From positions 10,676 to 74,675 of IMG/VR virus record IMGVR_UViG_2974632701_000001: a stretch of 64,000 bases of DNA; one strand, 5' to 3'. Made by a program: the position numbers and the translations under genes. The notes under the pieces were generated by a model. The model was not told the origin of the DNA. It was given only the letters and a program-made list of their open reading frames with translations, and did no database searches. The stretch comes from a virus. Taxonomy: Duplodnaviria > Caudoviricetes. Shown one piece after another: positions 28,895 through 38,200 of the stretch; the first letter of the stretch is position 1, and each line of letters begins with the position of its first letter.

Positions 28895-28936
28895 CCCCTC
28901 CCTCGATTGGTGTGCTCCAGAAGAGGGAGGGGTTTT
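28895..28936 (+). terminator. terminator-like hairpin ending the middle operon
   Basis: CCCCTCCCTC/GAGGGAGGGG 10-bp stem followed by TTTT; unusually large loop. Confidence 0.55.
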
Positions 28937-28938
28937 AG

Positions 28939-29019
28939 CTGGGAGCTAAATAGATAGTGAGGTCCGTTGATCGCGGACATGATCAACTCAGCAGCGTGCA
29001 AGTCCTGCCTCCCGGTCCA
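28939..29019 (+). ncRNA. degenerate tRNA-like element (GAT in anticodon position)
   Basis: Acceptor CTGGGAG/CTCCCGG + T + CCA; 5-bp GTCCG/CGGAC stem with 7-nt loop TTGATCG; bulged T-arm with loop TGCAAGT; no clear D-stem. Confidence 0.45.
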
Positions 29020-29187
29020 TCAAATTCAGATTGTCTTTGTTTGGATGGCTTCCAAAGAAAGACATTGGCCACCCGGTTGGTGCTCACCAAATTCCGGCGT
29101 TATAGGAACACCGACGATATAGGGATTCTAAAGGCATGAGATGAAACTGTCTTGGAGACTTTGCCAAAGTCATCATCTCCGGGGACT

Positions 29188-29214
29188 AAAGGGAAGGGTT
29201 AGCTACCCTTCCCT
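29188..29214 (-). terminator. terminator downstream of the vRNAP gene
   Basis: AGGGAAGGGT-TAGCT-ACCCTTCCCT perfect stem, 8 nt past the vRNAP stop; short U tract on the - strand. Confidence 0.65.
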
Positions 29215-29222
29215 CCTCGTTA

Positions 29223-32200
29223 TTACTGACCCCCATTCATCAGGTTGATCCATGGGTTCAATTCAGGTGCATCAAAGAGCATCTCGAACCCTGTGGCATA
29301 GTCCAACCGACCTTCAGCAATCACTACCAAGATGTTGTCCGTGATTGGGCCACCAACATCGACCACTGAGTTGATAGCCAATGAACGAACCGGATTATCT
29401 CGCATCTGCTTTGCAGCAATCTTGAGAATACGGATCTTAAAGGCCATAAACCAAGTAAGACCATTCGACTCCAAACCGGAGCGAACACGACCCGGAAGCA
29501 CAGAGAAGTTCACGAACTCTTCGTTGATCATGGCTGATGCTACCTCAGCACTAAGTCCCTGAGAAATCAGGTGGTCGTAGTAAATAGACTTAGCGATGAA
29601 GTCACCATACTGAGTTGCTCGATTGAGCACCTGATACAGTTTCGTAGACTTTGAAACCAATCCCACCTTCACGATGTCAGTAGCACGCTCTGGCAGACGT
29701 TCAGACAGCTTCTCGATGTAATCACCAATCCGACCAGACGAGATGTCCACATCGAGATCAGTGATGCCTTCAGACAGGTTTTTGAACTGACCAGCTTCGA
29801 TCATCGGAGCAATAGACATCTGCTTGTTCAGATCCTGAAGAACCTGAATACGGTCTTGCAGAATTTGCTTTTGGTTATCGTTCCGAGCAATCTTCATCTT
29901 CTGCTGAAGATCAATAATCTTGGTTCGGTTCTGAATGAACTCCTCAGCTTCAGCCAGCTTTGCACGATACCCTTTGGTGATCTGTTTCACAGGTACACCA
30001 GCATTGGCCAACTGCATGACGTTGGCTTGCACGTTGGCTACAGGAACCACGAGAGACCGAACCACGATGATGTCCTTGGCAGTCGATACAGCCCCTTGCA
30101 GAGCCTCTTCACCAGTGGAAAGCCACCGCATAGCCTTACGACCCATGATCGCCTCAGTGGACGCCACGATAGCAGCCTGAAGTGGTTTCGGAATACGAGT
30201 CTTCCCTGACCACATATCAGTGATCGAAGGCTCACGATACCCAACGGCAAGGTTTACCATTGACCGTGGAACCATGAATCGACCTTCGAACTTCGATTCA
30301 ATGTAGTTCTTCGTAGATTGAGGGATCAGCTTCCATGATTCCTGATAGATCTTGTCTGAAGAACGCTTCATGTCTTCAAACTCAGCATCAGTCCCATTCG
30401 GACGCTTTTCCCACAGCTTATGAAGCTCATCAACCAGTTGCTTGTTGTACTGGTCAGCAAGGCTTTCTTCCACCTGACGACCAGCCCAAGCACCCAGCAT
30501 CACTGCAAGGTTCTCTTCACGACCCAAGTGAAGGTTCTGCATCTCTTCTGAGATCGACCGTTCAAACCCAAGAACAGAACCATCACCAGCAAACACTGGC
30601 ATCAGTGCTTCCTGTTCATTTTCCAGAACAGTATTTGGGTTCAGTTGGTTCTGAAGGATACGATCAACCGAAGAATCTCCAGTGATAAGACCAGCCACAG
30701 AATTACCCACAGTAAGACCAGTATTGGTATCCACACCCCGGTAGGTCATGGCTACATTCTGCATCACACCTTGTGAATATCCACCCTGACGACGGACAGT
30801 CGAGATGTAGTAAGACCGTGGGAAGATGGAATCCGTTTCACCCTCATAAGGGATATCCAGTTTCACATAACCCATCCGCTCACGAGCATCTTTGTTCGTG
30901 TCCAAGTCCACAATGATCTGGGTGTTCTTCCGACCTTCATTCGGAATGTAACCCTTGTATCCATTCAGACGAGCCTGTTCAGTGATACCCGGTTTGGCTT
31001 CTTCTGCTTCATTCAGACCCTGAATGTATGCCACCATAGAAGTCACACCATTAGGATCAGCCTGCCACAGTTGAACAACCTCTTCACGAGTCTGAGAATC
31101 CATTCGATCCAAAGCATAGACTGACACCAGTCGATCAATCTTGCTCACCATGTCCGGAGTACCTTCACCATCAAGGTTCTTCACGATGGCATAAGCATTC
31201 CGAACCAAGAGCTTACCAACAGACTGACCATTCATGAAGTCAGCCAGTTGCTTTGACTTGGCAATCACATCAGCCATAGCAGACCCTGAAAGAGTCTGAG
31301 CCAGATCTTGTTCAAGACGCTGGATCTCATTGCGACGAGTCGCACTCTCTTCAAGGAACTTCATGGTTTGACGCATGTTGTCGAGGTTCACCAGTGCTGA
31401 AAAGTCAGTCTTAGCCAGTGTATCAAACATAGCTTTCCACTGTTCTTTCGTGGGCGGATTGATGAACTCACGTTCTAGAATACCGGGAAGATCTTCACGG
31501 TAAGCCTGACGCATACCCGACACAGCAGCATTCACTTTGTTAAGCAAATCAACCACTTTCGAGTTTTGCTTATCAGTACCCACGATCTCTGAAACCATTT
31601 CCCGAATAGGAACGATAGACAGCACAGGCAGACCCATGTGAGTGATACGCTTAGTCGCCTCACCAGTCAGTTCCGTGTTCTTCTTGTCCAGCAGATTGGT
31701 TGCCAGAGTGACCGAAGACATCAGGAAAGGAATGACCTTTCCACGAGACTGAGCCTGAATGTCCTGATCCTTACGCAGCATCCAATCCGAAGTAGCTGAC
31801 AGTTTGCCAGACACAAAGTTGTCAGCAGCCGTCAAAGACTCCGTAACACGCTTCAGCAGACGGAACTCTTTCTCCTTGTCATGATCAATGATGATTTTGG
31901 CAACAGCATCCAGCACCTCTTGAGGAGCATTGCTTTCATTCAGAGACCCCATCAGCTTCTTCATAGAGAAAGATGCAGCACGAGTCATGAAGTCCACCAG
32001 AGACCCTTCCACCGAAGCCTCAGCCTCTGGTGCAGGGATCTGTTCCAGAACAGCCCGGAATTTCTTCGAAGTCTGGCTCAGAGCAAACAGCACAGCAGCA
32101 GCATCTGACGTACCTTCGTTCTCGATGGAACCAAAGGAATTCAGAACAGCAGAGTACGTCTGACGATCTTCAGGAGTCGAACCAAACATCTCAGGGGTCA

Positions 32201-35200
32201 TGTTCTCAACAATGTGCTGGAACACACGGGTCAGAGCAATCCGAGCCGTAGCATCCAGTTTCATGTTTGACAGCATGATACCGTAGATCGCCTTGAAGGT
32301 TGAACGATCCTTGGAGTTTGCCAGCAAACCACCCTGACGAAGATCATTGATGACCTTCTCAGCATTGTAGATATCCCGACCAGTCTTCTGCTTTGCAGGA
32401 CTATCCGTCACAAAGCTACGCATGTACGCTTTGAGGTTTTCAATCCAGTAGTCAGAATGGTTTTCAAACGGACCTGAAGTCTCATCACCCGGATCATCCG
32501 GAGGAGGAGTATTCCCGTTACCACCATCATCCACATTCGGTTCATTCAGAACACGAGTGTTGAAGACCACATGATCGAACATCGAAGCAGGCATTCCACC
32601 CAGCATCCGACGAAGCAAAGCCATAACCTTGCTTCCGAAGTTTGCAATGACAGAGGCTTGCTTTGCAGCAGTCCGAACACGGCTGTTCGTCAGAACATAG
32701 GCCATGAATTCGTTCACAGCAGCAGCCTGATTGACAGGATCGTTACGAGCCATACGACGAGCAATGGCAGCTTGAGCTTCATTCATGGCTTTCCCATCCG
32801 ATTGGATGTCCATGAATTCTTGCATTAGCACTTCCAAACGAGCCACAGCAGGATTGGTCACACCTTCATAGTGATTCAGCACCAGCCCATAGGTTGCAGC
32901 ATGAACCATCTCATGAAGCACTGACTCATTCGTATCCACGCTCATGAACATCACGTTGTTCTTGAAGTCGTAGTTCGAAGGAGCTTTCAGCACGACACCA
33001 TCATCAGGGAAGTTCTGTTGACGGTATTCGTTCAACTGATCCAGCGTACCGAAGATCACCGTTACATCACCCATCAGAGGCTTGAGGATCTCCACAGCCT
33101 TCTTCTGATCAGGGGTCAGGTTACGCATGTTATCCAGCAGAGCTTTGGCCGTGGTAAATTCCACAGGCTTTTTCACATCTTTTGGTTTCGTGTCGTTGTT
33201 CATCTCTTTCTCAATCCGATGGTTTACTTCAGAAAGAGTCCAAGTCTCCCCATCACGAGAGAAACCAACATCTGAACCGCCCATTTGATCGACAGACACA
33301 GCCATCTGCCGGAAGACTTTCTTCCGAGCACGGTTCTCTTTCAGACGCTTGGCCATTTCTGCTTGCAGATCTTCCGGCCCTTGGAAGAATTTCAAGGATT
33401 CCTTTTTGTTATCAGTCATCAGTTCAGCCCAGACATCATTCAGGATGTCCGAGTCCAGCTTATTAGACATAAACCCTTCGAAGTTCTGCACAGCCATGCC
33501 CAGAACATCTCGATCCCAAGACTTCAACACAGCCTCATTGATCTGAGGAGCATACTGTTTGATCTTGGAAACCGGAACGTCGATACCATCGAACACCGGA
33601 AGAACATCATTCGGTGCATTATCAGCACCAAAGATGAGGTTCATCATCATGGCATCCCCAGTACCAATCACAGCAAATGGAAGAGCACGAACTCCAACGT
33701 CATCAGGACGACGCATCCTTGCAGGAGTGACCAGCTTTTCATCAAAGTTCGAAGACAGACGAAGGTCGGTGAGTTTCTTATCGAAACCACCCACAGCCAA
33801 AGTCTGTTCATCAGATACGAAGATCGCACCCATCTGACTCAGACGATCTTCCAGTTCTTTGAAATACTTACGAGGAATCTCTCCCTTGTTTGGTTCACCT
33901 TTCTTGTTCCGCTTGATCGTACCTTCACGAGCCAGCTTCTCAGCCAGCAGATTGATCTCACGATCAAACAGCTTCTGAAGATACTTGGACTGAATGTTCG
34001 TAGACAGCACCAGCATATCATTCAGTTGTTCAATACGATGTCCCAGAACCTGACGAGTAGCATTCGTCAGAACCTTACCAACCGTAAACTGGATCGACTT
34101 CCGGAATGCTTCCACCTGATCATTTGAGAACACAAAGTTCTTGTCGAAACTGTTAGGCAGTTTCAGACCCAGAGTTTCCATATCCTTCAGAACACCCGGA
34201 TAGTAGTAGGTATCCCAATCTGCATTCTCTGGCATGTCCTGAAGTTTCTCATAGAACTCCAGCAGCATGTCATCAGCCACACCAATAGCCACGCCTTGAA
34301 CCCCAGAACCATAGTTTACCTTGGTCATTGGGTTCTTGGCAGTGTTACGGGTCATCCAGAAATCACCCGTAGTGGTGTCCATTTCGAAGTTACCAAAAGC
34401 CGAAGCCAGACGACCAGCAGCTTTCCGTTGCTCTTGTTGCCAAGGCTTCAGGAACTTCAGATCTCCAGTCATCATTTGATCACCCAACTGGGAAACCATC
34501 TCATAGAGATCTTTTTCCTTATTGGTGAAGAACTTGGTTACAGTCATTGCAGTGGTTCCAAGGAAGTAACCCACACGCTTGAAGTTGCCCCAGTCTTCAG
34601 GGGTCATCAAACCATGACCAAAGTTAATCATCATGTTGGCTGCACCATTGGTCAGGCCATCAAGCTCAAAGCTCAAAGCCGTCTCAAACGTGGCATCACC
34701 ACGTTCCATAGCCAGTTCACGAACTGCCACAGCCTCGATAGCAGCCAGCACAGCAGGTTCCACTTGACCCACTTCAGCAAGGAAAGCATCAGAGTCAAAC
34801 TCTCCACCTTCCAGCATAGTTTTTACCATATCCACAGCATTGCCATACTTCGTATTGAAGGTCTCAATGGCAGCCGGAAGATGAGTTGCATGGTCCTTCT
34901 TCTCTGCTTTGAACAGATCAGCTTGCTGCACCACACCCAGCCAGAATGCCTGAGTATCGTCAGCATCAGTCGTAGACAGCACTGACCGCTGAGGTGCCAC
35001 CACATACCGCATCAGCTTGTTGTTCTGCGGGTTTGGACCCTGCATCTGATGACGACCGACTTGCGTTACCCCAACCGGAAAGAAAACCTCTGAGGCTTGC
35101 TGTTCCATCATCCCATTTACGAGATCGGTAACTTCCAGCAGATCACGACGGACAGACGCATTCTTGCCCAGAACTGAACGCTTGAGCACAGGATGAGTCA

Positions 35201-38200
35201 CAGACGCAGGATCACGATAGCCCAGCATGATTGCAAGGTTATCTTCACCAATGGCTTCCAGCAGCCTTGCACGGCCTTCCTGCAAGCGATGAGGAATGTC
35301 CTGCATCCGACGCACAGCCATACGCTCCAGAACAGACATGATCCCTGTACCACGTCCCTTACGGACTGATACGGTTGGGATCTTGGAACCAATGCTGTAA
35401 GACTCACGAGATTCGTTGAAGATCGTTTCTCGAACAGTGTTCGAAATCCCTTCACCTTTAGCTCCAGCAATCCGTTTCTGATAGTCAGACATCTTCTCAG
35501 TGTTGACCAGAATCGTTGCAGCATCTTGCTGATTCGTTTCATTAGTCAGCTTCACACTGTCGATATCGATGATATCCATCTCAGCAAGAACCGTCAGGAT
35601 CTCCTTGGCGAAACCATGAGTGATACCTTCCAGATCATCGACACTGGATTCTTCATTCTCCTTGATGTGCCACAGACGCTTCAAATCATCAGCAATCGTA
35701 TCAGATAGCTGACTTGGTGGAATACCAAACAGAACCTTGTTCAGACCTTCCTCAGTCAGATCAAGTTTGTTTAGACCCATCTTTTCCAGCGTGTCATCCA
35801 GCTTACGGGGATCAGAAGCAGCAGCAGTTGCGATGAAATCCATCACTGCCAGAACCGCAAGGTTCAGCATGTTTTCATCATACCGTTCAGTTTCCGGATT
35901 CATCAGAGCACCAGCTTTGAATTTCCGGAACTCAACTCGACCATCTTTGATGTGCTGTGCAATGGTCTTGGTAATCTGACCATCTTTCACACGCATCTTC
36001 AGACGAGCATTCATACGCTGCACAAACTCAGGCAGCACTTCATTCATGATCGTCAGGTACTCACGGTTCATTTTGAAACCAGTACCAAACTTCTGCATGA
36101 AGTCTTCCAGACTGGTGACAACAGCATCACCAGTACGAGGTGCAAAGCTCTTGTTGAAAAGCTCCGTTACCTTCCGAATGAATCCGGATACGGGGGCGGT
36201 GTCTCCTCCCTCAGATTCTCCGGTGTCTCGCTCTCCGTTGGGTGCTTGAGTTTCTTCGCTGGATACTTCAGCGGCAGTTCCAGTTGTTTCGGTTCGGATG
36301 AGATCGCCATAAACTTCCTCCATAAAGGCAGCAGTGTATCCAAGTTCCCCACTGAATTCCTCAGTAGAGAACGCCATTTCCGTAGCCACTGCGAACAGTT
36401 CTGAAGCAATAGTTTCAGGATCTTTCCGAGTGAAAGCATACTCCAACCGATTGTTGAAATACCCACTCATCTTGCCACGCAGTGCATTCATTTCATTGAA
36501 GATCTGTCCACCCTTGTAAAACATCCGAGCAGATGAATACGGCCTGCCAACAAGATTGGCATGGTTATCAACCAGATGACCAGCTTCATGGATCAGGATC
36601 GCTTTACCCAGATCATTCAGAGTACCATCCGGATTGAAACCATCTTCCCGAATATGGATAGTCTGATCAGCAAAGAAAGCATGGCCAAGACCAGCAACCC
36701 GCATTGGTACAATACGGATTTGCTTGATGAATTTGTTCATCGTAGGCATCGTTGTCTTGATGAAGTCACGAGCATTACCCAGACGTTCACGGACAGTTTC
36801 ACGCATCCGAGACTTCTCAGCCTCAGTCATTTGAGCAACAACATCATCCCATTTGGTGCTTGAAGGGATAGGCTCATCGGAAACTATTTCCTCATTCGTC
36901 TCGACTTCAGAAGTCGCTGGCGCTCCTTCTTCCGTCTCGTCTCTTTCGGAATTACTTTCCTCTTCGACAGCCGTTGGACGTGCATCAATGTTCTGGTTCA
37001 CGATGGCAATCTGATCACCATTGAACACAATCACAATCGCTTCTGTCCCATTAGACAGAATGATCGCATCATGATTTCCGGCTTTGTAATCCATCTCCAG
37101 TTGACCACGTTTGGTCAGCCACTGGTTCTGAGGATCATCAGTCTCAACCAGCAGAGGATTTGTAGCACGGACATTCACAGACATCAGACGGGGATTGGAT
37201 TTGCCAATAGCGTACTCACGTCCCTGACCCTTACGAGTGGTCAGGAAGATACCATCCTTGGAGTCAGCAAACTGATCAAACTCAACCCCACCAGTCCCAT
37301 GATAGAAGACCATCACATTGTCATTGTCATCAGTGATGAAGCCAGTGTCAGTGCTGATATTCAGGTCTTCTTCTGTAGTCTGGTTCTGCTCCTCGGTTTC
37401 TGGCGAAACCTCGTCGTTGGCCGTTGGGGTTTGTGTCTCTTGGTTTGTTTGTTGGTTCTGCTCGTCAGAAGTTTCTTGGGAAACTTCCTCCTCGATACCC
37501 GTTGGTTGGGTATCAGGCTTCGCCAATTCAACTTTCTCCATCTTGGGAAATGAACCAAGAATCTCAGGGAATTCCTCACGCAGAGTGTTGAAAGCATCTA
37601 CCACAGCATTCTGGTCTTCAGCAACCTGTTGCGCGAATGCAACACTATTTGCGTTGTCCGGGGAATACCGAACACCTTCACGACGTACACCACGAACAGG
37701 ACTGTCAAAGTCCTTTAGGCGTCCACCACGCTTCCCTTCAGGAGTGATGTATCCATCAGCCAGAGACGCATTCAGAGCCTGCACTTTGTTCACCATGTGC
37801 TGGGCAAAGTTCTGCATGTCGGTCATGACATCGCTGACAGTCTGCACTCTTCCTTGTTGGTTGATGACGGTCCCTTCAGGGGACTGGATGCCAGTGAAAA
37901 TCTCTCGGACAAAATCGTTGATTGACCGTAGTTTCTTACCACCCTCAGACACCATGCCATCGGCAAAGATCTGACGGGAAACATCGGTGATGGTTTTCTC
38001 CTTCCCAGCCGGTCGGCCAGAAGCGGTAAGATTGACGTTTTCAGTCCGAGAGATTTGAACCTTTGCTTCAACATTCCGGTTCACAATACGAGCCAGCTTT
38101 GAAGCAGCTTTCATCAGCTTCGTATCTTCAGGTGAAATTTGTTCACCCGACTGTTCCAAGATCAGATCAGTAGCATCTGGATTCACAGCAGTAGGATTCA

